This document shows positions 9,360 to 20,412 of a stretch of 64,000 nt of DNA, one piece after another. This stretch comes from Bacteroidota bacterium (GTDB taxonomy: Bacteria > Bacteroidota > Bacteroidia > AKYH767-A > OLB10): NCBI GenBank assembly GCA_046303115.1, contig JBKCGZ010000143.1:19323-83322 (forward strand), read 5' to 3'. A program made the translations under genes and the position numbers. The notes under the pieces are model-generated. The model did not search any database. It was not told where the DNA came from and was given only the letters and a program-made list of their open reading frames with translations. Each line of letters opens with the position of its first letter. Positions within the stretch are counted from its first letter, which is position 1.

Positions 9360-10853
9360 ATGACAAGAGACCAATTCACCGATTTTTTACGCGACCCAGC
9401 TTCGATTGCGAATTTCGCAGGCGATGAGCTGCAGCAATTGGTGGCTGATTTCCCTTATTGTCAACCTCTGCGTGTACTGCAGCTAAAACAATTAAAGCTT
9501 AATAACTCCATTCAATATTCATCTCGATTAAAAGAGACAGCTGCCTATTCACCCGACAGAGTAAAATTGTATCAGGTGATGAATAGTAAAAATAAATTGA
9601 CTTCGCCTGTCGGGATTTCTGCATTTCCTGATTTAGTTGAAAACACAATTGACCAAGAACCGCTGATTGAAGAGGTTAAACCAGAGTTAACTTCATTGAT
9701 AGAGGAAACACCGATGGCTGCAATTCCTGAAACACCATCAGCTATTATTGAACTAGAGACCTCGACAACAACATCAGAAGAAGAAAAGAAAAAAGAAGAA
9801 CCTTCAGAAGTCAGTGCGCAAGAAATAATTGTTAATCGATTAAAAGAACTTGATCTCTGGGAGGAGAAAAAAGAGGAGGATCAAGATCAGCAGGAATCAG
9901 AAATTTCAAAAAGCATTTCCGCTCCTGAAGAACCTATTGAAGAGTTTGTACCCGCTGAAGAACCATCAAATGATTTAAAGGTTTTTGAGGAGGAAATTAA
10001 AGTTGATGAAGATTCTATTGCTACTATTCAACCTGAAAACAAAATCCCTTCTGAAAGCAACGATCAAGATGATCACAATGTACTTGTAACTGGCTACTTA
10101 GAAAGCATATCTCAGTCGAATGAGATGATAAGTCCTCCTATTAGTGAAACCGCGCCTAAATCAAACAAAAAAGAAGAAACGCCAGTACTCAGCTTCACAG
10201 AGTGGTTAAAGCGTAAAGATTTTCCACATGAGGAGAGAAAAGTAGCTCCTACAACTAAAAATAATATCAAGGCTCCTGCTGAAGAAGAAGTTACTCCTGT
10301 TGTGGCCAAATTGCTTTACATTAAAGAAGAAATAAGGGAAAGTTTAGAGCAGCCATCAACTCCAAAAGTTGAAGAATCTAAAATCGAAAATACAGAAACT
10401 CCGGTTGCATCAATAGCTACTGAAGCGACTCCAATACAACCAGGGCGAACGCTCAGAACAAATGAGGAATTAGGATTAAAAGAAGTCATCCGACCAATAA
10501 AAAAAGGAAGGGCAGCGGAGCGAAAAAACAAGAATAAAGCGGAAGACAAATTAGATACTCAGAAAGCAAGTACTAATCCGGATCACCATTCTAAGATAAT
10601 TGATCGTTTCATTCAGGAGGAACCTCGTATAATGCCCATAAAAGCGACTATTTACAATCCAGTTAATATGGCCAGAAAGAGTACAATTCAGCCAGATGAT
10701 GTGGTAACAGAGACATTAGCGATGATTTATGCACAACAAGGCAATTTTGAGAAGGCAATTGCATTTTACGAGAAGCTTTCCTTGAAATTTCCCGAAAAAA
10801 GTGTTTACTTTGCAACCCTCATTCAAGAATTAAAAAACAAACAAAATCAATAA
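9360..10853 (+). CDS. Acidic, largely disordered protein with a C-terminal TPR motif (hypothetical)
   Basis: 497 aa. Structured N-terminal ~70 aa, a long E/P/S/K low-complexity core, and a C-terminal TPR-like segment (LAMIYAQQGNFEKAIAFYEKL). Spaced 1 nt from lptE and 3 nt from secG. Confidence 0.5.
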   Translation: MTRDQFTDFLRDPASIANFAGDELQQLVADFPYCQPLRVLQLKQLKLNNSIQYSSRLKETAAYSPDRVKLYQVMNSKNKLTSPVGISAFPDLVENTIDQEPLIEEVKPELTSLIEETPMAAIPETPSAIIELETSTTTSEEEKKKEEPSEVSAQEIIVNRLKELDLWEEKKEEDQDQQESEISKSISAPEEPIEEFVPAEEPSNDLKVFEEEIKVDEDSIATIQPENKIPSESNDQDDHNVLVTGYLESISQSNEMISPPISETAPKSNKKEETPVLSFTEWLKRKDFPHEERKVAPTTKNNIKAPAEEEVTPVVAKLLYIKEEIRESLEQPSTPKVEESKIENTETPVASIATEATPIQPGRTLRTNEELGLKEVIRPIKKGRAAERKNKNKAEDKLDTQKASTNPDHHSKIIDRFIQEEPRIMPIKATIYNPVNMARKSTIQPDDVVTETLAMIYAQQGNFEKAIAFYEKLSLKFPEKSVYFATLIQELKNKQNQ

Positions 10854-10856
10854 ATC

Positions 10857-11198
10857 ATGTTTACATTAATTTTAGTTTTAATCGTTATCGTTAGTATCCT
10901 TTTAGGTGCTGTTGTATTAGTACAAAATTCAAAAGGTGGTGGCTTAGCATCTGGCTTAGGAGCTTCTAATCAAATTATGGGAGTTCGTAAGACTACTGAT
11001 GCTTTAGAAAAACTAACATGGGGCTTCGCAATAACATTAATCGTCTTAGCATTAATTGGCAACTTAGCTTTACCTCATTCAAACGGAACGACAGGTGTTA
11101 AATCTGATTTAGATAAAAAGTTAGAGAGCATCCCCACTCCTACTGCACCGAAGGCACCTGCTGCACCTGCTGGTGGAGCTGCTCCTCAACCAAAGTAA
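10857..11198 (+). CDS. secG: Preprotein translocase subunit SecG
   Basis: 113 aa with two TM segments and the typical LVQNSKGGGLASGLG loop. Pro/Ala-rich tail. Confidence 0.8.
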   Translation: MFTLILVLIVIVSILLGAVVLVQNSKGGGLASGLGASNQIMGVRKTTDALEKLTWGFAITLIVLALIGNLALPHSNGTTGVKSDLDKKLESIPTPTAPKAPAAPAGGAAPQPK

Positions 11199-11301
11199 TT
11201 CTGACAGAGTATTCGTCGCGCTGTGACAAAATTTCCAAAATTTGTCACCTAAAAAATGCTGTTAAGATTTCGAATTGGAAAAATTGACAGCATTTTTTTA
11301 T

Positions 11302-11330
11302 TGGCACAATTGTCGACAACGGCGCGCGCC
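11302..11330 (+). promoter_or_regulatory. Candidate heat-shock cis-element, copy 1: TGGCA-N8-GAC-N2-CGGCGCGCGCC upstream of groES
   Basis: TGGCAC at 11302-11307, GAC at 11315-11317, and the all-GC palindrome GGCGCGCGCC at 11321-11330 (12-bp palindrome CGGCGCGCGCCG at 11320-11331). The same three blocks with identical spacing recur at 61713-61741 upstream of grpE. Confidence 0.5.
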
Positions 11331-11382
11331 GCCGAAAAACGGCATCAATAAATTAATTAACCCTTTATAAATACTAACTATT

Positions 11383-11661
11383 ATGAGCAAAGTAAACATT
11401 AAACCGTTAGCTGACCGCGTGATTGTGGAAGTGTCACCGGCAGAAGAAAAAACTGCAAGCGGATTAATCATTCCTGATACCGCTAAAGAAAAACCACAGA
11501 AAGGAACCGTTGTAGCTGTGGGAACAGGAAAAAAAGATGAGCCAATGACCGTTAAAGTTGGTGATACCGTATTATACGGTAAGTATGCAGGAACAGAAGT
11601 TTCTGTTGATGGTCAAGAATATTTAATTATGCGCGAAAGCGACATTTTTGCAATTGTATAA
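11383..11661 (+). CDS. groES: Co-chaperonin GroES
   Basis: 92 aa. [10 protein letters not shown]...[23 protein letters not shown]. Confidence 0.97.
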   Translation: MSKVNIKPLADRVIVEVSPAEEKTASGLIIPDTAKEKPQKGTVVAVGTGKKDEPMTVKVGDTVLYGKYAGTEVSVDGQEYLIMRESDIFAIV

Positions 11662-11690
11662 TTCAAATCGATAAATCAGAAAAAAAATAA

Positions 11691-13328
<1,638 letters not shown>

Positions 13329-13346
13329 TATCTGAATAAATTAAAT

Positions 13347-13380
13347 AAAAAGGTCACTTATACAAAGTGACCTTTTTTTA
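13347..13380 (+). terminator. Intrinsic terminator after groEL
   Basis: GGTCACTT / AAGTGACC 8-bp stem (13352-13359 / 13365-13372) with a 5-nt loop, followed by a T7 run. Confidence 0.8.
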
Positions 13381-13407
13381 TTTTTACCCTACCCTATTAA
13401 AAATACA

Positions 13408-14703
13408 ATGACAACTACAGCGCAACTATATTCTATCTTTCTTAATCATCCGCACGTCATAACAGATACCAGAAAGCTGATTAAAGGCGGTATTTTCTTC
13501 GCCTTAAAAGGGGGCAATTTTAATGGAAATCATTTTGCCACTCAAGCTTTAAATGAAGGGGCGTCATACGCAGTGATTGATGAGATTATACAAAGCAACG
13601 ACGAACGATTATTGCTAGTTGATGATGTTTTAAAAGCATTACAAGATCTTGCTACTTATCATCGAATACAAACTAAAATACCAGTCTTAGCAATCACAGG
13701 AAGTAATGGAAAAACAACAACTAAGGAATTAATCGCAGCTGTTCTAGCAAAAAAATACAATGTAAATTTTACTCAAGGAAATTTAAACAATCATATTGGT
13801 GTACCCCTAACCCTACTAAGTATAACTAATGAAAACAATTTTGCAGTAGTTGAAATGGGTGCTAATCATCAAAAAGAAATTGAATTACTTGCATCTATTG
13901 CTCAACCTGACTTTGGTTTAATAACAAATATTGGAAAAGCACATTTAGAAGGATTTGGTGGTATTGAAGGAGTGAAAAAAGGTAAAGGAGAACTGTATCA
14001 AAACCTAAAAGCAAATCAGAAATTGATTTTTATTCAAAAGAATAGTGAAGCCTTGTACGACTTATTGGGGGACTATAATCATTTTATTTCTTACGGAAGT
14101 AGTAATGAATTTAATGTATGTGGACATGCAGTAAGTGGGAATGAATTTCTGAAAGTTAAAATTGAAAAACCATTTGATATTACAATCCAAACCAATCTTA
14201 CTGGTAATTATAATTTAGACAATGTATTGGTTGCTGTTGCAGTTGGAAATCACTTCGGCGTAAAAGAATCTGACATTAAAGATGCTATCGAAAATTATCA
14301 GCCAAGTAATCAACGTTCCCAAATTATCAAAAAAGAAAACAGTACAATTGTTTTAGACGCCTACAACGCAAATCCTAGTAGCATGCAAGTTGCACTCGAC
14401 AATTTTAATAAGTCGTTTGAAGGATATAAAATAATTGCACTTGGAGAAATGCTAGAGTTAGGAACCGAAAGCGAAACAGAACATGAACGAATTGGAAAAC
14501 TAATTCAAGAAGTAAATCCTCAATCAATAATTTTAGTTGGAAAAAATTTTAAAAGTGTAGCTGCAGCATTAAATGCTAACTTTTTTGAAACGTCAGATGA
14601 AGCAAGTACATGGTTGAAAAATCATCTTCCAACGAACTTCACTATTTTAATAAAAGGATCGAGAGGAAGTAGAATGGAGAAATTACTCGAAGCAATTAAC
14701 TAA
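13408..14703 (+). CDS. murF: UDP-N-acetylmuramoyl-tripeptide--D-alanyl-D-alanine ligase
   Basis: 431 aa. Mur ligase P-loop GSNGKTTTKE, DAYNANP motif and C-terminal KGSRGSRME. Confidence 0.9.
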   Translation: MTTTAQLYSIFLNHPHVITDTRKLIKGGIFFALKGGNFNGNHFATQALNEGASYAVIDEIIQSNDERLLLVDDVLKALQDLATYHRIQTKIPVLAITGSNGKTTTKELIAAVLAKKYNVNFTQGNLNNHIGVPLTLLSITNENNFAVVEMGANHQKEIELLASIAQPDFGLITNIGKAHLEGFGGIEGVKKGKGELYQNLKANQKLIFIQKNSEALYDLLGDYNHFISYGSSNEFNVCGHAVSGNEFLKVKIEKPFDITIQTNLTGNYNLDNVLVAVAVGNHFGVKESDIKDAIENYQPSNQRSQIIKKENSTIVLDAYNANPSSMQVALDNFNKSFEGYKIIALGEMLELGTESETEHERIGKLIQEVNPQSIILVGKNFKSVAAALNANFFETSDEASTWLKNHLPTNFTILIKGSRGSRMEKLLEAIN

Positions 14704-17097
14704 TTACTTTTTGAATATTTTTTTCAGGCTCCACTTTTTTGGTTCAGGGTCACTGTAGTAATCTTCATTACCACTGATATATCCGTAATTGTGCCCATAG
14801 CCGTAGCCGTAAGTGCGACTAAAGTCAGAATCATTTAAGATGATACTTAAATTTTTGAATTTACCTTCTTCGTATAGTTCATTAAGAGATTTTAAGAATT
14901 CAATTCTTGAATAACCTTGACGAACGATGTAAAGATTGATATCAGAATAAGGCATAATTAATAAAGCATCTGATACAACACCTAAAGGAGGCGTATCAAT
15001 CACAACATAATCATACATCCCTTTGGCTTTATCAACCATATCCTGTAAATTCTTTTTAGATAATAACTCTGCAGGGTTTGGAGGTATTGGACCAGCAGTG
15101 ATAAAATCAAGTCCATTCACTTTAGTTTGCTTTATAACCTCTTCTAATGAAGCCGTACCAGATAAATAATTACTTGCACCTATCGAATTTTTGATGTCTA
15201 AATCATCAAATAATTTAGGTTTGCGTAAATCGAGGCCTATCATTAGTACCCTCTTTCCTTGCATTGCAATAATTGTTGCAAGGTTTAATGTAACAAACGA
15301 CTTACCTTCCCCACCTACTGATGAAGTAATTGTTATTACCTTGCTTCCATCACCCAACCCATAATACTGCATATTCGTACGAATTGTTCTGAATGCTTCA
15401 GCAATTGGCGACTTTGGTCTGTTATTAACTACTAAGTTCGATTTATCATCAGAGTGCCCTACCACACCTAAAACAGGGACAGAAGTGAGTTTAACTACAT
15501 CATCACGATTTTGAATAGTAGATTTAAACAGTGATTTTCCTAAAATATAAGCTCCGGGTATTAATAAAGTAAAAATCAATAGTAATGCAATAAGTAATAT
15601 TTTATTAGGAGATACGGGCTTTTCACCCAAACTTGCTTTATCCAAAATTCTATTATCAGAAACAGCTGTTGCTTTTGCAATGCTTGTCTCTGCTTTCTTT
15701 TGCAACAAGAATGTATAGATATTTTGATTAACTTCTACATTTCGTTGAATACCGATATAATCACGCTCCAACTCAGGAGCTTGTTTAATTTGTGATTCAA
15801 CGCCCGCAATCTGTTGGTCAATTGATGACTTGGTAATCAATAAACGATCTTGAATAGATTTAATGTTTTCGAGTATGGAATTCTTAGTTTCAAGAATTTG
15901 TTGATCAATAATTTTAAGTGCTGGTGCATTATTTTTTACTCCATAAGCAGAGCTTTTCCTTTTCGCTTGTAAAGTTTGATAATTTGTAAGCAACTCTACT
16001 AAAAGTGGATCAGGTATACCCATACTTGACGGAGCCATGGTAGATAAATCCTGATTGGTTGAAACATAAGTATACAAATTTCGCAAAGAAGAAATATCAA
16101 TATTGCTTTTCACACGTTGAATATCCAAGTCACTAAGTTTAGTAACCATAGCTTTCGACTCTTCACTTAAATCAACAGTCTTATTTTTTTCTTTAAAAGT
16201 TTGAAGTTCTTGCTCAGAAATATTTAAAGAATCACCTGTATTGTTTAGCTGATCTTCAACAAACTTTAAAGTTAAAGCCGCAACAGTTGCCTTGTTTTCA
16301 ACATCTAAATCGATATATACTTTACCAATCGTATTCAATACATCAATCGCTCTTACAGGTATTACATCTTTGTATGTTAAAATAATAATATTTGCATCCT
16401 TCTCCATTGGCTCCGCTGTAAGGTTACCAATGATATCATTAGTTAACTTATTTAAATTTCTAACACGAAAAGAATATGTTGACCCTTCAGAAGGAAGTGC
16501 AATTGTATCGGAAGCATTAACCACTAAATCAAAATAAGTTAAGGTGTCTTTTTTTAATTTCAAATTTTCACCCAATGCAATTATTTTAGAAAATTCAAAT
16601 GACGGAATATCATCACCATTATACTCAGCGTCTATTTTCAAGTGATTTTTATCTACTACAGTAACTGAAAAAGATTGGTCTTGAATAAACTGGTTTATTT
16701 TATTGACTTCAATTGTAAATGGAGGGTAGGGGTAAATTGGACGATTCGGATACACAGAAGTATTGTAGTACTCAACTCTGAGCCCTAACTTTTCAATTGT
16801 ATTATGAATAACTGTACGAGAAGTTATTTTACCAATCTCTGTTGATACACTCGTATTAGTTCCAAATAAATCACTTGTTAGAAAATCTTCGAAACTATCT
16901 GATGATTTACTGTCGTCTATTAACACAGAAGAGGTGCTCTGATAAATTGGCAGATTAACATACACATAAACAAAAGTCAGAGCAGTCAGAATCACTCCTG
17001 TTACTAAGAAATAATGCCACTTAGATAAAATCTCGTTGAACAAATGACTGAGATCTAACTCATCATTATTCCTTTTATTAACTGAACCTTTATTCAT
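14704..17097 (-). CDS. Polysaccharide co-polymerase / tyrosine autokinase (Wzc/BY-kinase family)
   Basis: 797 aa. Wzz-type N-terminal domain between two TM helices, a coiled-coil periplasmic region, a C-terminal P-loop kinase (SSVGGEGKS, VIDTPP) and a Tyr cluster (YGYGYGHNYGYISGNEDYY). Confidence 0.9.
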   Translation of the reverse strand: MNKGSVNKRNNDELDLSHLFNEILSKWHYFLVTGVILTALTFVYVYVNLPIYQSTSSVLIDDSKSSDSFEDFLTSDLFGTNTSVSTEIGKITSRTVIHNTIEKLGLRVEYYNTSVYPNRPIYPYPPFTIEVNKINQFIQDQSFSVTVVDKNHLKIDAEYNGDDIPSFEFSKIIALGENLKLKKDTLTYFDLVVNASDTIALPSEGSTYSFRVRNLNKLTNDIIGNLTAEPMEKDANIIILTYKDVIPVRAIDVLNTIGKVYIDLDVENKATVAALTLKFVEDQLNNTGDSLNISEQELQTFKEKNKTVDLSEESKAMVTKLSDLDIQRVKSNIDISSLRNLYTYVSTNQDLSTMAPSSMGIPDPLLVELLTNYQTLQAKRKSSAYGVKNNAPALKIIDQQILETKNSILENIKSIQDRLLITKSSIDQQIAGVESQIKQAPELERDYIGIQRNVEVNQNIYTFLLQKKAETSIAKATAVSDNRILDKASLGEKPVSPNKILLIALLLIFTLLIPGAYILGKSLFKSTIQNRDDVVKLTSVPVLGVVGHSDDKSNLVVNNRPKSPIAEAFRTIRTNMQYYGLGDGSKVITITSSVGGEGKSFVTLNLATIIAMQGKRVLMIGLDLRKPKLFDDLDIKNSIGASNYLSGTASLEEVIKQTKVNGLDFITAGPIPPNPAELLSKKNLQDMVDKAKGMYDYVVIDTPPLGVVSDALLIMPYSDINLYIVRQGYSRIEFLKSLNELYEEGKFKNLSIILNDSDFSRTYGYGYGHNYGYISGNEDYYSDPEPKKWSLKKIFKK

Positions 17098-17865
17098 TTA
17101 TTTTGATCTAAAATATAAAGTACCTAAAAATGCCAACGAAGTTGCAACCGAAGTAAATATTCCCGCAGCTACACTAATTTGCGAGAACGCTTTTTTACGA
17201 CTTGGTGCAACATAAACAACATCATCTGGATAAAGATATTTTGCTGCACCTACAAGCGAACTTTGATTGGTTAGATCAATTGGAATTTCAATCGAGCCCT
17301 TAGCTGTTTGGCGAATAATTTTAATATTCGTTCGGTCGGCATAGTTTGCTACATCACCCGCTAAAGCGAGTCCTTCAATTAAAGTAATTCTTTCATTCGG
17401 AACATAATATAAGCCTGGCTTTTGAACCTCACCTACTACTGAAATTTTAAAACTTAATTTCTTAACCACTATAATTGGTTCATCTAAATAAGATCTAAAT
17501 TTTTGAGTGATTAAGTCGCGAGCTTCAGGTACAGATAAACCCTGCAACATTACTTCGCCGATATAGGGTAAAATAACTTTCCCTGTCTTATCAATCGTAA
17601 AACCTTTTTCATAAGCAGAACGATTATCAACTATAGTTGCTCTGTCCTTACTAATACCAATTCCAGGAAATGCATCTGGATTTACTGTATACAAATCAAC
17701 TGTAATGATATCGCCTATTGCCAATTTCATTTCAAAGGCAGTTGTATCATTGGTATTACCTGAATTATTCTGAAAATAAACAATCTTCTTTTGTGGAGTA
17801 CAAGAAAACATACATCCAAAAAGGATTACCAAAACTACACTTTTAAAGATGTTTTTAATTTTCAT
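17098..17865 (-). CDS. Polysaccharide export outer-membrane protein (Wza family)
   Basis: 255 aa with a lipoprotein signal (LFGCMFSC). Poly_export/SLBB-type sequence. Abuts the BY-kinase gene with no gap. Confidence 0.85.
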   Translation of the reverse strand: MKIKNIFKSVVLVILFGCMFSCTPQKKIVYFQNNSGNTNDTTAFEMKLAIGDIITVDLYTVNPDAFPGIGISKDRATIVDNRSAYEKGFTIDKTGKVILPYIGEVMLQGLSVPEARDLITQKFRSYLDEPIIVVKKLSFKISVVGEVQKPGLYYVPNERITLIEGLALAGDVANYADRTNIKIIRQTAKGSIEIPIDLTNQSSLVGAAKYLYPDDVVYVAPSRKKAFSQISVAAGIFTSVATSLAFLGTLYFRSK

Positions 17866-17873
17866 AAGTTAAT

Positions 17874-19013
17874 TTATTGTAGAACACTTCTTGCTATGAC
17901 AATTCTTTGAACCTCTGAAGTGCCTTCGTAAATCTGAGTAATTTTTGCGTCACGCATTAAACGCTCAACATGGAATTCTTTTACAAATCCGTAACCACCG
18001 TGAATCTGAACCGCTTCAACGGTCGTTTTCATAGCAACTTCTGATGCAAATAATTTTGCCATTGAGCTCGATTGATTATAATCAACTTTGTTATCTTTTT
18101 GCCAAGCCGCTTTTAAGCACAATAAACGAGCTGCTTCGATTTCAGTGGCCATATCTGCCAACTTAAATTGTATAGCCTGGTGATTGGAAATTTCAGTACC
18201 GAAAGCTTTGCGCTCTTTTGAATATTTAAGTGCTAACTCGTAGGCTCCACTTGCAATTCCTAAAGCTTGTGCTGCAATTCCAATACGACCACCAGTTAAT
18301 GTTTTCATTGCAAACTTAAAACCAAATCCGTCCTCACCAATTCTGTTTTCCTTAGGAACTTTCACATCTTGAAACATCAATGAATGCGTATCAGAACCAC
18401 GAATTCCTAATTTATTTTCTTTTGGTCCAACTGTAAATCCGGGCATTCCCTTTTCTACAATCAAACAATTAATTCCTTTATGACCTTTAGCAACATCCGT
18501 TTGTGCCATAACTAAAAAAACACTTGCTGAGTTTCCATTGGTAATCCAATTCTTAGTCCCGTTCAACAAATAATGGTCGCCCATATCGATTGCTGTTGTG
18601 CGCTGCGAAGTTGCATCTGATCCTGCTTCTGGCTCTGACAAACAAAATCCGCCAATCATTTCACCTTTTGCTAATGGAACTAAATATTTTTGCTTTTGAT
18701 CTTCGTTACCGAAAGTTTCTAATCCCCAGCAAACTAAAGAATTGTTCACTGACATTACCACAGATGCAGAAGCATCTACCTTAGAAATTTCTTCCATTGC
18801 CAAAACATAAGAAATGGTATCTAAACCACTTCCACCATATTGAGGTGATACCATCATTCCCATGAACCCAAGTTCACCTAATCGTTTGATTTGTTCTGCA
18901 GGGAATTTTTGATGTTCATCACGCTCAATTACACCTGGTAATAGTTCTTGCTGTGCGAAGTCACGCGCAGCTTGTTGAATCATTAAATGTTCTTCACTTA
19001 ATTGAAATAGCAT
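17874..19013 (-). CDS. Acyl-CoA dehydrogenase (short/butyryl-CoA type)
   Basis: 379 aa. GFCLSEPEAGSD, and a C-terminal IYEGTSEVQR segment containing the catalytic Glu. Confidence 0.9.
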   Translation of the reverse strand: MLFQLSEEHLMIQQAARDFAQQELLPGVIERDEHQKFPAEQIKRLGELGFMGMMVSPQYGGSGLDTISYVLAMEEISKVDASASVVMSVNNSLVCWGLETFGNEDQKQKYLVPLAKGEMIGGFCLSEPEAGSDATSQRTTAIDMGDHYLLNGTKNWITNGNSASVFLVMAQTDVAKGHKGINCLIVEKGMPGFTVGPKENKLGIRGSDTHSLMFQDVKVPKENRIGEDGFGFKFAMKTLTGGRIGIAAQALGIASGAYELALKYSKERKAFGTEISNHQAIQFKLADMATEIEAARLLCLKAAWQKDNKVDYNQSSSMAKLFASEVAMKTTVEAVQIHGGYGFVKEFHVERLMRDAKITQIYEGTSEVQRIVIARSVLQ

Positions 19014-19107
19014 AGCTCTTACTTTTGTTGGCGCAAAAATAAGTTATTTAAGGGTAATTTTCGATTATTTCGTTGCATATTTGGAAATATTTTACTCTAT
19101 GCAAAGT

Positions 19108-20184
19108 ATGAAAAATGATATTATAATAGGACTTATGTCAGGAACCTCAATGGATGGATTAGACCTTTGTGCCTGCGAGTTTAAGAACAACAAAAATTCT
19201 ATTGAATTTCGGATCATACATGCTGATACGATTCCCTACTCTGAAGAATGGAGAAAAAAGCTTTGGAATGCACCTGAATTGTCCGGAGAAAAACTTATTA
19301 AATTGAATCATGATTTGGGAACATATTACGGTAAAACCACATTAGCTTTTATCGAGCGAAATCATTTACGCCCAACTTTAATTTCTTCTCACGGCCATAC
19401 CATATTTCATCAACCACAAAACGGATTTACTTTGCAAATAGGGTCAGGTGCAAACATTGCTGCTTTAACAGGCATAGATACTATATGCGACTTCAGAAGT
19501 AAAGATGTTGCACTTGGAGGACAAGGAGCACCTTTAGTTCCGATAGGCGATCAATTTTTATTCAGTAACTATGAGGCCTGTTTAAACCTTGGAGGCATTG
19601 CTAATATTTCATTTTTTCAAGAAGGAAAACAAATTGCATTTGATATTTGCCCGGTAAATATGGCCTTGAATTATTACGCTGAAAAATTAAATTTAAACTA
19701 TGATAACAAAGGGCAAATTGCTTCGACAGGAAAAATAATTCAAAGCCTATTAGATGACTTAAATCGACTATCCTTTTATTCTGAAAAAGGTCCGAAATCT
19801 TTGGGGAAAGAATGGTTTGATAAATATTTCTTACCAGTAATAAATGAGTCTGAAAAACAAAATAATTCGACTATTGCTGACATATTGCGTACAATAGTTG
19901 AACACATTTCAATTCAACATAGTCAAATATTTTCTGAAAACAATATAAAAGGCCCCGTCCTAATTTCAGGTGGCGGAGCCTTAAATGATTTTTTAATCAG
20001 TAGAATTATTTCTAATTCTTCAACTGATATTTATATCCCCGATTCAAATGTCATCAACTACAAAGAAGCATTAATATTTGCTTTCTTGGGATGGCTTTAT
20101 TGTGAGAACAAAACAAACACATTGTCGAGTGCAACCGGAGCGAAAAAAGATAGTATTGGAGGCGCTTTATACAAAGGCCTTTAA
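19108..20184 (+). CDS. anmK: Anhydro-N-acetylmuramic acid kinase
   Basis: N-terminal IIGLMSGTSMDGLD, and GGGALN near the C-terminus. The start was chosen at the ATG giving MKNDIII. The ORF track opens at a TTG at 19081, and an ATG at 19099 is also possible. Confidence 0.85.
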   Translation: MKNDIIIGLMSGTSMDGLDLCACEFKNNKNSIEFRIIHADTIPYSEEWRKKLWNAPELSGEKLIKLNHDLGTYYGKTTLAFIERNHLRPTLISSHGHTIFHQPQNGFTLQIGSGANIAALTGIDTICDFRSKDVALGGQGAPLVPIGDQFLFSNYEACLNLGGIANISFFQEGKQIAFDICPVNMALNYYAEKLNLNYDNKGQIASTGKIIQSLLDDLNRLSFYSEKGPKSLGKEWFDKYFLPVINESEKQNNSTIADILRTIVEHISIQHSQIFSENNIKGPVLISGGGALNDFLISRIISNSSTDIYIPDSNVINYKEALIFAFLGWLYCENKTNTLSSATGAKKDSIGGALYKGL

Positions 20185-20412
20185 TTACTCATCATCATCG
20201 TCGTCATCAAAGAAATCATCGAATGATTCTAGATTACTAACAGCCATGTCATCTGGATCCATGTCATCATCATCATCATCAAAATCATCGAACTTTTTAT
20301 TCTTTAGTTCTTTCGATTTCAAAGGCTCCATCTTACGGCCTTTTGCAGCAGAGTCGCTTGTTTTCTTAGCTTTGGACTCAGTAGTTTTTCCAGTTTTCTT
20401 GGAAGTTTTCAT
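20185..20412 (-). CDS. Small charge-bipolar protein (basic N-half, poly-Asp C-half), hypothetical
   Basis: 75 aa: MKTSKKTGKTTESKAKKTSDSAAKGRK...FDDFDDDDDDMDPDD...FDDFFDDDDDDE. A TAATTTTG -7 box (complement of 20427-20434) sits 14 nt upstream of the ATG. The opposite-strand ORF is a Ser-run shadow. Confidence 0.5.
   Translation of the reverse strand: MKTSKKTGKTTESKAKKTSDSAAKGRKMEPLKSKELKNKKFDDFDDDDDDMDPDDMAVSNLESFDDFFDDDDDDE

Noticed and set aside
11302-11317. Reading the groES TGGCAC as a bona fide sigma-54 -24/-12 promoter
   Set aside because: With canonical spacing the -12 position reads TCGA (TTGA at grpE) instead of TTGC, so the invariant GC is missing. It is kept only as an alternative hypothesis within the heat-shock-motif findings.
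11256-11351. A 31-codon uORF (MLLRFRIGKIDSIFLLAQLSTTARAAEKRHQ) spanning the groES motif, with a similar short frame at grpE
   Set aside because: The peptide similarity (TARA/AARA) is a direct consequence of the shared GC palindrome. The frames have different lengths and starts, so there is no independent evidence for leader peptides.
14704-17865. The Wza-Wzc pair as a possible novel polysaccharide locus
   Set aside because: Only the export and co-polymerase pair is present, flanked by murF and an acyl-CoA dehydrogenase. No glycosyltransferase, flippase or polymerase genes are in the window. I believe an isolated wza-wzc pair is a common conserved arrangement in Bacteroidota.
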